Shown here piece by piece: positions 32,243-44,200 of a DNA stretch of 64,000 nucleotides; position 1 is the first letter of the stretch, and every line of letters begins with the position of its first letter. A program made the translations under genes and the position numbers. The DNA comes from Minisyncoccota bacterium (GTDB taxonomy: Bacteria; Patescibacteriota; Minisyncoccia; Phycocordibacterales; UBA1006). The stretch lies in the NCBI GenBank assembly GCA_036405175.1, contig DASWYC010000002.1, forward strand, positions 403,714-467,713, read 5' to 3'. Under the pieces are notes generated by a model that made no database searches, was not told where the DNA came from, and saw only the letters and a program-made list of their open reading frames with translations.

Positions 32243-35200
32243 TTATTGTGTTGGTGGAGTTGGCGTGGCGCCAGTATCCCCTCCAGTTGATCCAGAATCT
32301 CCAGATCCACCAGTAGTTGAGCCTGAGTCACCACCAGTAGTTCCGGTAGTACCTGAACCTGATCCAGTATCACCGCTTGGCTGACTTCCAGAATCCCCTG
32401 TTCCAGTGTCACCAGATGGTGTTCCTGTATCGCCAGTTGACCCCGAATCTCCAGATGGAGTTCCAGAATTATCTCCTGTTCCTGAGCCACTTCCATCGCC
32501 ACTTGGGGCGCCTCCGTCAGTTGGAGGCGGAGTTGGTGTGCCACCTCCCCCATTTCCGTTATCTGCATTTACCTGCATACTCTTAAGTTTCATCAATTCG
32601 TCGCGAGTCACACAAACATCGTCAATACACAATTCTTTGGTTTCAACTTTATCTCCCTTAACGGTCTTAGCATAGAAGTCGGTAATTCCGTTTTCAACAT
32701 TTCCAAACCATGCAATCAAATTAGTTCTGAAGGTTGAAGTAATGTTTCCGATATCTTGAATTGCTTTTGTTAAGAGTGGAACCACGCGAGTATAATCAAC
32801 ACTCCACGTATTCTTAAGATCTCCCGCAGCAATACTTGCTGATGAGCTTCCTACATATACTGCATCTGGGAATACGGTTGCAAGCTGTTGTGCCAAGAAT
32901 CCGGTCTGGCGAGTATGTGTTGAATCATAAGTATACTCATAATCGCGAACTTGAATATTCATTACACTTTCAAGTGAATAACTGGTTTCATTAATATTCT
33001 GCTTAAGACGTACGTCCGACGGTGTTGCAATAGAACAAGTATTGGTTGCGTAGTTACAACTTACTCCCTGCATTGCAGTTCCTGATGCTTTTGAGAACAT
33101 AAGTGGCCATCCAGTCCCTGTTGTTGCATCAATACGAATATTTACTCCTCCTCCAGTTGAAGTAAGTGATGACGCTGTGTTATAAAACTGACTAAGATAA
33201 TTTGCAGCGGTGGTTGCAGTGTTATTCTTAACTTCGAGTGGCGCTGTTGCTGAACCAGTAGTAATTCCTCCTCCAATTCCTACATTTCCATTAGCGGCAA
33301 TTGACATTCGCAACGTACCAGTCGTGGTGGTGGTATTTATCGCAGTAAAGAAATCAATAGCAGTTGCAGCATTCATGAGCGAAGTTCCACCTCCAATAGA
33401 AAGTGAATTGAATAAATCTCCCGGATTTCCAAAGATCATCGCCATTGGCTCTTCTGCATTTGTATAATGATACGCACCAATACGCGCAGATTTAGCAGTT
33501 GTATTAGTACGACTTGTAGTTCCATTACCATCAGCTCCAAGCACCAAGGTAAGTGCTGATGAAGAAATATCAAGTCCTCCGTTTGTTGAAGATGGTGATG
33601 TGGTATTGATTCCCACATTTCCGTTATGATCAATACGCATACGTTCAGTTGTTGTAGTGGTAGTGTTTGCAGTAGTTGAGAATGTAAGTGCAGTTCCGCG
33701 AGCTGAAGCTGCAGTCCATGCTTCTGTTGCAACAGCAGTTACGTTTGCTCCAATATATTCAGCATAGGTAGAAGAATCAGTGGTTCCAAATTCAAGGCGC
33801 CCAACAGCAGCAGAGAGTGTTGCATTTCCGCTCGTGAATGAGCGAAGCATACGAGCAGTATTTGCTGATGATGAGTTAACTACCAAAGCAACGCTCGGTG
33901 CGGTTGTCCCAATTCCAACGTTTCCAGTTGTTCCATCAACATCAATTCCAACCGATGATCCATTATAGAGTTTAAGCCCATTACCTCGCAAACGAAGTGG
34001 CAAGTAAGCTGCTCCACTGCGGTTATATGCAAGGATTTCTCCTGATCCTCCTGTATAGCTCATTTCAAGACCTGAGCCTGATGCTGGCACATTGGCACTT
34101 ATTGTACGAATAGTTCCATTTGTATCAAGAGTTGCTCCCGGTGTGGTTATTCCAATTCCAAAGTTACTTCCATTGTTAATGTAACTGCTTCCTGAATATG
34201 GGAAGAACGCCCTATTAACACCCCCGTCAGTAACCGCAAGACCAGTACCACTTACATATGAATACCGATTATTTATGCCATCATATGCAAAGAAGTAGTT
34301 ATTAGTTGAACCATTACTTGCATATATTCCCCCTCCGGTAGAAGCAATAAAAATGTTTCCGTTTGATTGAGGAGTAAATGTTGTGTAATTTGATGCGTCA
34401 TATGACATTCGAGTAGTTCCTGTTACCTCTAATTTAGCACCAGGATTTGTAGCTCCAATTCCAACGTTTCCTCCACCGAGAACGGTCATGAGTGGATTTC
34501 CAATAGTATTGCTTACCTGAAGAATTAACTCACTGCTACCTAATGCAGTACGATTATTGCCACCATTGTGCTTATATCCGACAAGGTTAATAGCAGCTGT
34601 GGTTGGAGTTGAACCCCCATGATACCCCACAAGAGCAAATGGAGTTCCGGTATTAGACCCCCCAGCAGTAAACCCGGCCAGTTGAACACCTCCGGTCGTT
34701 CCTGAGTATGATGCCCATTGCCCTATAGTGTTCGCACTCAAACCAGGACTAAATACTGTACCTGAGTAATCCGGCAAGGCTACATCAGCATCCGAAATTC
34801 TGAATGCAGGATTCTGTCCTAGAGATGAGGCTACTTCGAGGTTTGCACTTGGTGTTGCTGTTCCAATTCCTACATTTCCATTACCCAGAACCGCTAATCT
34901 TGTTCCACCACTTAGAGAATATGCAGCATTCGTATGTGCACTTACCCAAGGAAGAACAGTGGTCATACTTGTATTGCTTGCAATAGCAGAAATCACCTGT
35001 GTTTCTCCATCACTAGTCATCGTGATAGTATCTCCTACCTTAAATATATTTTGAAATTGTGTACCTACACCGGTAATTGTTGTACCTCCAGCAGAGTTTG
35101 AAACAGTTCCAAGATCTGTCGTCCCCTGAACAACTTGAAGCTTAGTCACCGGAGCAGTTGTTCCGATTCCTACATTTCCTGAAGATGAAAGGGTTAAGAG

Positions 35201-38200
35201 ATTAATACCTGCATTAGGACTAGTGAATCTTACATCTTTCGCTCCACTAAATGTACCATTACCAAACTGAAGATAGTTTGCATTACTATCAGACGTATAC
35301 GCAAGATCTCCGGATGGAGTTTGAATATGGAATGTTTTTTGTGGACTCGTAGTACCAATACCGACTGACCCAGATTCAAAAATTGCCGCATAGTTATTTT
35401 GTGCTCCTGACGCAGAGGCATACAATCCAACATTGGTAAGTGCATTAGCTCCCGTTGAACGTGTTGCAGTGTTGTTGAAGTATCCAGCCCATGCAGTAAG
35501 TGCGCCAGCCGTGGTATTGAATGTTGAGCCCGGATTGCTACTTTCAAATGTTATACGGTTTGCAGTTTGAGCGGTAATTACATCAGAAACATCCAACTTA
35601 GCACTTGGATTAACTGTTCCTACTCCAATATCTCTTCCGCCTACCCAAAGTGTACTTCCATTGCTGTTTCTCAAATCTGCGAGTACATGGCTCGTTGATG
35701 CTCCTGAATCAACAATGAAACGTGCGTTGTTTGGTGAACCTTCAATCGCGTTAGTTCCACTAATCTTAAGTCCACTATCTACAATTTCTAACTTCTTAGC
35801 AGGCGCCGCTGTTCCAAGTCCCATATAGCCACCACTGGTTAAGGTTAACAAGTTACCACTGTTAAGATCGCCGCTCGTTCCAATCTTGAATTTATCTGAG
35901 TCGCTATTATCAATTCCCATGGTGTAACGTGTTGAGCTCGTAAGCAAGAAGTGCATTGAAGCATCTCCCGTTCCACTTTGTTCAATCGTAATTCCGTTGG
36001 CAGTACTCGTTGCGGTATTTGATTCAGAAACATGGAAGCGTGATGAAGCAACCGCTGGACCAAGTGCGAGATTACCGCTTGCAAGAATCATCGCATCCGT
36101 ACCTCCACTATTCTGGAAACGAATCCCTGCATTTGCTGAATAAATAACCAAACCTCCGCTTGTTGCAGCTGAAGTTTGAAGGACCATTGAGTCTGCCCAA
36201 CCAGATACGCCGGTATAGGCTCCACTTGTTGCAGAAATGAGTCCGCTTGCACTGTCGCTATTAAAACTCATGATTGCTCGTGCAGCTGTTCCGGTATTTG
36301 GGTTGCTGAGGACTATATCACCATCACCATTTACATCTTCACGAACATTCAACTTAACAGTCCCAGGACTATTCATTCCGATTCCAACATTTCCTGTTCC
36401 TTGCCCAGCAAGAATAACATTACCGTTATATTGGAATTCAAGTGCAGCACCTGAGTTAAGGAAGGTATCTGCATCGTTATTTGCAACAAATCCAAATTGT
36501 GCATTTGCAGAAGAACCGTTATTGAACGAACTACTCATCTTGAATGAGGTTGCTCCGGCCACCGTAGTTGGAACATTAGTGAGCAACAATCCTCCTCGGT
36601 ATGCGGTTGAGCCTGATGTACGAATTTGTGCGTAGTTACCGTAGCCTGCCGCAGCACCTGTTACTACATCGAATACGTTATTAGGTGAGGTTGTCCCTAC
36701 TCCAACATTATTATTTGCAAGCACAGTAAGAGCTCCATTTGATGTTCCTCCTCCATCCAAGTAAAGTGCTCCAGCTGCGCGAACACGCATAGTAGTTTCA
36801 CCATTAAGAGTGTAAATTGCACCGGTTTCTGTTCCATCATCACGGAAACGCAATACAGTATTAGCAGTACCAGTTCCATTAAGACTCAATTGGTCCCCTG
36901 TGCCTGAAACAACTGAGAGCTTTGCAACGGTTGGATTTATATCTCCGAGTCCTGTATTTCCTCCCTGGATACGCATTGCTTCTGCAAATCCAGAACTTGC
37001 GAGTCCATTGGTTGTTGTTCCAAAGCGAAGTGCTGACCCTGTCTTGGTATAGATAGCTGGATCTGCTGCTGAGTTAGCAAGCATAGTAATTGGCGCATTA
37101 CCGTTTGCATCCACTGATGACATTACTTCTCCACTTGCGGTATACACATGAAGTTTATTAGCTGGACTAGTGGTTCCAATTCCAGCACTTCCTGCAACAT
37201 ATACTGAACCCATTCCAACCTTCGCATCTGGCACAGTATCAATAGTTGTTCCGGTTACTGAGAATCTAAACGCTCCATATTCTCCACTTACATTTCCATT
37301 AGGATAATATCCAAAATCTCCCCATCCAACACCAGCACCATTAAATCGAATATTTCCAGATGATTCGTTTGCAGTATACCCAGTAGTGCTTTCTGCTGGA
37401 GCAGCATTAGTACCTGAGCCAATGAACAAACCTACTGTATTCTTTGGAGACAAGAATGATGGAGCTGAACTCGTTGAATTATTTAATACCCCACTTGAAT
37501 AGACGCTAAATGCATCAGTTGCAGCATTAATTTGAAGTGATCGTGTGGGCGTAGAGGTTCCAATTCCAACATCTCCATTAAAATATGAATTCAAATCAGA
37601 CTTGAGTACAAAATTTGAATTTGCTTCAGACTGTGCACGTCCATTGGTAACAAATGCAAGATATCCATTTGTTTGATTTGCAGCTATATATGAGGGTCCT
37701 GTGTTGCGGGTAAACATCAAAGTGGTTCCTTCAAGTTGTGCACTAAATCCTCCACTTGCAACTTCAAGAGTTGCAGTTGGCCCTGCCGTTCCGATTCCAA
37801 CCTTTCCGTTTGCCTGAACACGCATAATTTCTGAACCTGAAACAAACCAACGTTGAACCGTATTGTTTGCATTATTGTTTGAAACTTCAACGCGCAAACC
37901 GTTTGATGATGTTCCAGTATCGGTGTTAGTAAAGGTAGATACATAGCCCCCAGCAATACCCTTTTCAACGTGAAGAGGTGAAGAAGGCGTAGTTGTTCCG
38001 ATTCCAATATTACCTGAATCAAGGATTCTCAAACGCTCACCTCCTGCATTACGGAATACAAATGGTAATCCACCTGTACTATATGCGGTTGAGATACCCG
38101 CAAGACCATTTGCCTGATCCACAAAGAGTCCAACACGTCTATTATTGGTACCGTCGTTAATACCAACACCATACGCAGCAGCACCTGCTGATGTTTGAAC

Positions 38201-41200
38201 GTTAAGGACTTGAGGATTAAGTGATACACCTGCTCCGTCAATAATAGGAAGATTATTTCCAGCTCCAACATGAAGAGGTGCGAATGGTGCGCTGTTTCCA
38301 ATTCCAACATTTCCAGTTGTTCCAACAATGCGCATACGCTCAGTGAGTGCAGTATCGGTTGTGACTGCACGAGTTGAGAACGCAAGATCTCCAACGGTAT
38401 TTGTTCCACCGTTTGTTAAGAGCCCTTTAATCGCAGCATATCCAAGTGATCCAGCCGTTACTGATTGAGCATTTCCAAATGTAATTGCTCCTCCTGAACC
38501 GGCAGTTGCAACGTTACCGTTAAGTGCAAGAACTGATCCACGTGCCCCAGCATCAGTCATTGCGGCGGTGAGCTGTGTAGTTCCATAATTTTCAACTCCG
38601 GCACTTGGCGTAGTGGTTCCAAATCCAACTTCACCAGTAGAGTCAATTACCATTCGTGCCACAGCATCAGTATTGTCGTAAATTGAGAAGTTTGCTGATG
38701 AATCAATTCCAAGACCATAGGTTCGAGACGTCTGCGAAGAGGCCTGAAGTGTGAGTGCATTGTTTGATGCAGCTCCTGTATTGATTTGAAGTTTTCCGGT
38801 TGAAGGAGTTGCGGTTCCAACTCCAACATTTCCATCAGTCACCACGAAGAATGGCGTGGTATTGAGGTTGTCCGCAATACGGAGCAAAGATGCATCGCTA
38901 CCACTATTACCTCCAGTAATCAACATTCCTGTTGCGGTTCCTCCTCCGTTACTAATATGAAGATTGTAAACAGAATTAGAAGATGCACTAATATGCAAGT
39001 TTGAGTCAGGCGTTGTTGTTCCGATTCCAACTTTTCCAGTATTATCAATAATTAATTGATTAGGACTTGCCCATGTACCAAAGACAAGGTTATCTGCAGC
39101 AGAGATTGTAATAGCTCTATCAGTCATACTTGTTCTACTCAAACGGAGATGCCCACCAGTATCATCTGCTATATGCAACTTGCCTCCTGGAGCACTGGTT
39201 CCAATTCCAACATTTCCCTGATCAAAGATCGCTGCGTAATTAAGCTGAGCACCTGATGCAGAAGCGTAGAGTCCAACGTTAGTTAGCTGATTAGCACCCG
39301 TTGAACGTGTTGCGGTGTTATTGAAATATCCAGTCCATGTAGTAAGCGCACCTGCTGTAGTATTGAACGTTGAGCCAGGGTTGCTACTTTCAAATATCAT
39401 GCGGTTTGCTGTTTGTCCTGTAGCGACTTCAGAAACATCAAGTTTAGCTCCCGCTGTGGTAGTTCCAATTCCAACATTTCCTCCACTTGCTTGAAGGCTC
39501 AAATCATACGCGGTTGCAGTTCCATCAACGCGTCCTGCTTGAATCCATCCTTTTCCACTAGCGCCAACTCCAAAGTTGATTCCATAAAGACGATTATCGT
39601 TTGATACTGTGAGCCCAACAGCAGCTCCCGATCCAAGTGTCATGTTTTCTGCATTTGCTGCTGCAGAAATCTGAAGACGTGAAGAAGGAGCGTTTGTCCC
39701 AATTCCAATTCCAACGTTTCCACTACTATCAATTAACATTCTTGTTGAACCAGTTGTTGTGGTTGTGTTTGCTGCAGTACTAAAGAAAAGAGTGGTTGCG
39801 GTGTTCATGCTTGAGGTTCCACCTCCAATAACAACATTGTTTGCACCCGCAGAACTTGAGGCAACAATAATAGCGAGAGGTTCTTCTGCATTAGTAGCAT
39901 GAGGTACTCCAATACGGGCTTCCTTAGTGGCTCCGTTGGTTCGTGTTGTATTAGAACCATCAGCTCCCACAATCAAACCAATTCCTCCTGATGCAATATC
40001 AAGCCCTCCATTAGTGGTAGTTGGTGAATTAGTTCCAATTCCCAAGCGACCATTGGTGTCATCCCAGAAAAACTTACCATTGTTTTGTGAAAGTGTTCCA
40101 CCTGATCCAGCAAACACTACTGATCCTTGCGTGAAACCAGTTGGTGTAATGTTTCCATTGAAAGTTGTTGCATATACGTTTGCGTAACGCTTAAGAGCTG
40201 ATCCAAGGTTATTAGCATTGTCAGAAGCTGGCCCAACGTTTCCTGAAACTTCAAGCTTGAAGGTTGTTGGAGTAGAGGTTCCAATCCCCACATTTCCACC
40301 AAAGTCATTAATTACCAAATTCCCCCCACTTGCTTGACCTCCATTATTTACCTGCATACGGTAGTAGGTATCACCCGTTGCTGCGCCTGAAGAGAACTGC
40401 ATTGATGTTCCTGTAGAGTTGATAAGGAAATCATTGTTCATAAGGGTAAGCGAACCTGATTGCCCTGATGCATTTCTAATATCTACACGACGCAATATTC
40501 CACTACCTGATACTCCAATTCCCACATTACTAAAACTGTTAATGCGCATTGCTTCGGTCATTACTCCTGCACTTGTTTGTGATGAAAGCTGTAAATAACC
40601 CGATGGACTTCCTGGTGTTCCATTCTCTTTACGTCCTGCAATAGATGCAAATGCGCCTACTACTCCCGAAGCAACCTGTCCTCCAAAACCAAGAGAGCCT
40701 CCTTTATCTCCTGCCTGCGAATCACTTGATTCAATAAATGCAATATTGTTTCCGGAGGCGGTAGTAGCGTTTGGAGCTTGAACGTCAAACTTTGAACCAT
40801 TGTTCATGGTCGTTGTTCCAATTGCAAAATTACCAGCAAAGTAGGATTGTCCTCCAGCTGAGTAGATTGAGTAATTAGTTGTTCCTGCAGTTTGATTATC
40901 AAGATACAAACCATATGCCGTTCCAATCGTTCCTCCTCCAGTATTATTTACGTTACGTGCCCACAATGAACGAGCGTTAGTAATTGCTCCACTTCCAGTG
41001 TTATTAACTCGTCCTGCAACCCCCGTCGCTGTTCCAAGTGTTACATTGCCAGCATGAGAAACATACCCATACAATGAGCGAAGATCCATATTGGTCATAT
41101 CTTGATTTTCAGCAGGATCCGTATAAAGTGCGTAGAGCGTGTTGTATCCAAAATTAACTCCACTTGCACGTGCACCGGTCATATCAAAAACTGGACTGAA

Positions 41201-44200
41201 TTGATTTGCAACAAATGAATCACTAGCAGAATATGCATTTGGATTAAACTGAATAGTTGGAGAATTTTTAATTGCGAAGAGGTGTGATGTGGCATCATTT
41301 GGGTCAAGTGTTGAAGTATTAAATACCATGCTTGGTGTCTGATACAGTGCACCGCTTGCATCAATTGCAAGTTTTGTGTTTGCGTTTGCATCTTTCCACT
41401 GCTGCAAGTCACCTGTTTGTCCAGTTGTTCCACCTACAATCAATCCAACGGTTCCAGAAGCGGCAGTCTTTACCTCAAGCTGAGCCCCTGGAGTTTGTGT
41501 TCCAATTCCAACCGTACCAGTCTCAGTAACACGCATACGCTCTGCACTGTTGGTAACAATGAGCAATGGATTGGCTTGATACGTGATAATATACGCCTTT
41601 TCACGGTATACGGCAGCAGTTGCATTTGCATTCCCGTATCCAACAGACATTCTCTGAACACCAGCATCATCAAAGTATCGCATCGATGAAAAACCTGTAT
41701 CGTTTGTATTCTGTACAGCTAGAGGTACTGACCCAGGAGCATTAGCGACAACATGAAGTGCATATGCTGGAGTAGTAGTTCCAATTCCAACGTTTCCGGC
41801 GCTCGTATCAACAACAAATTGATTAGAGTTCACTACAAAGTCTCCAGCTCCAGAAAGACTTACATTTAGGTTTTGCCCAGCTGCAGGAGTCACGGTAAGT
41901 GCACCTGATGAAATAATTGCTGGTGTTGAAATATTTGTTGTGAATACCGGAGTTGTTCCAAATACCAAAGCACCGGTTCCAGTCTCGTCTGAAATCTGTG
42001 TTGCAATACCTGACGAGAGTGTTGTGGCAGTAAATGCACTTGCACCGTTACCAATCACAATACCTGTAAGTCCGGTTGTGCCAGTTCCTCCTTGATCAAC
42101 GCCCACGGTTCCTGTTGAAGTAAGATTTTTTGACGCATCAGTAAATACAACCTTACTTGCAGTAAGTCCTGAGAAGTTAATGGTTCCACTTGAGCTAATT
42201 CCGGTTGCTGCTGAAATTGCCCCAGAAGAGTTTACCTGGAATTGAGATGATGAACCTACTGAGAAATAACCTGAAGGCGATGTTGTCCCTACTCCAACGT
42301 TCCCATTATTGAGAATAGTGATTCTTGGTGAAGAATTTACTCCAAATTGAAGTGCAGTATTTCCATGAAGAACCATTGCATCAGCAATTTCACCCGAAGG
42401 AAATATTGTTGATCCTCCAACATATCCAACGTATCCTCGAAGTGCATTACTTTCATGGAAGCCAACTCCCCCAGCTACATGACTACTATTTAGCTTTACT
42501 GTTATATAACTACTAAAAGCACTTGAAATATTTAATGGCGCTGTTACATCAGGAGTAGTCCCAATTCCAACATTTCCGGTAAAGCTTCCAGTACCCGCAA
42601 CGGTAAGTTTTTGCGCAGCAGAAGTTGTTCCGATTCCAACATTTCCACTTACATCAACAATGAATGGAGTTGAATCTGCGTAGGTTCCATCATCATTCAC
42701 ACGAAGTGCGTATGCGTTAGTTCCGGTTGAGCTGGTTGTTAGATTGAGCGCAGTGTTATCTGCAGCACTTGTTCCAGTAATTCCTATTGAAAGCGCTGAG
42801 CCTGATCCCATTCCTCCCCAATTCCATGTTTGTGTGTAAATGGTGTTATCGATTGAATTAGATGCAACTGCTGGAGTAAGTGCTGAGATTGGCGATGTTC
42901 CTGCGCCCCACATTGGTACACCACTATTCACCATGAGTACTTGTGATCCTGATCCGATTGGAAGACGAATGTAATCAGTTCCGTTGTAGTACATCATGTC
43001 TCCATTTGCATCTGAGCCCAATTGAATCTTGGTTCCATCAACAGCATTATTTGCAATTTTTTGCGTTGTAACGTTAAGGTCTGCGATCTTTGGTGTGGTC
43101 ACTGCTCCATCCTGAATCTTAATGGTGGTTACCGCATCGGTTGCGAGTTTGATTGCAGTAACAGCAAAATCCGCAAGTTTTGCGGTTGTTACATTGCTGT
43201 CTAAAATCTTTGCGGTAATCACAGAGTCTGCCGCAAGCTTTCCTGCAGTGATTGCAAGGTCATCAATTTTTGCAGTAGTAACATTCAAGTCTTTAATCTT
43301 TACCGTCTCAACAGCATCGGTTGCAAGTTTAATTGCGGTTACTGCTCCATCTGCAATTTTTTGCGTTGTGATGTTAAGATCTGCAATTTTTGCAGTAGTA
43401 ACATTCTGATCTAAAATTTTTCCGGTTGTAATTGCATTATTTGAAATGGTGAATACTCCGCCGGTTGTAATGGTTGCATCACCACTCATGGTTGCAGTAA
43501 TCAAATTACTTGAAGCATCGGTGAACACCATACTTGATGGTGAAAGTCCGGTGAGGGTAAGTGTTCCGCTTGCGTTAATAGTGTTTGCAATTACGTTTCC
43601 ATTTGAATCAACCTGGAACTGTGAAGTTGTCCCCACTGAGAATGTTGAGGCTGGCGTATCAGTCCCCACACCAACGCGCTGATTTTGTGTATCAACATTG
43701 AGTACCGTTGCAAGCCCACCTGCAGTTAAGAACTGGAATGTGTCTGTTCGATTACTCTGTGGAACAAACAACCCCTGAGGTGTTGTTCCATTAAATCCAA
43801 ATGTTGTTACACCAGCAGATGAAACAGAGTTTGTATTCTCATTTCCTCCATCGTACTGAACACGCAACTGTGGTGCTGATGTTGAGGTGATCGTAATTGA
43901 GTTTGAGTTAGTGATTCCTCCTGCATATACGTTTCCTGAATTATCAACGCGATAGAGCACGGTATCTCCTGCTGCATTCCAATAGGTAATAAAATCTCCT
44001 GATGGTGCAACATCTGTTGCACGCTGTGCATTAAGCAATACATTACCGTTTGCATTTTGTTTCAGCGCAAGTGTTGTGCCAGTAGTGTTGGCGTTAATAC
44101 CAATGCGCCCATCTGCAAATACAGTGAGTCCAGAATCTGCACTATTGTTTGCCTGTATACGTGCAACAACACCAGATGTTGATGATCCGGTGTTGGCTAC

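Noticed and set aside
32203-32568. 121-aa minus-strand ORF overlapping the 3' end of the giant gene in another frame
   Set aside because: It is an alternative reading of the Gly/Ser/Thr-codon-rich low-complexity tail (Q/L/E-rich translation). It has no start context and is fully contained in the giant ORF.
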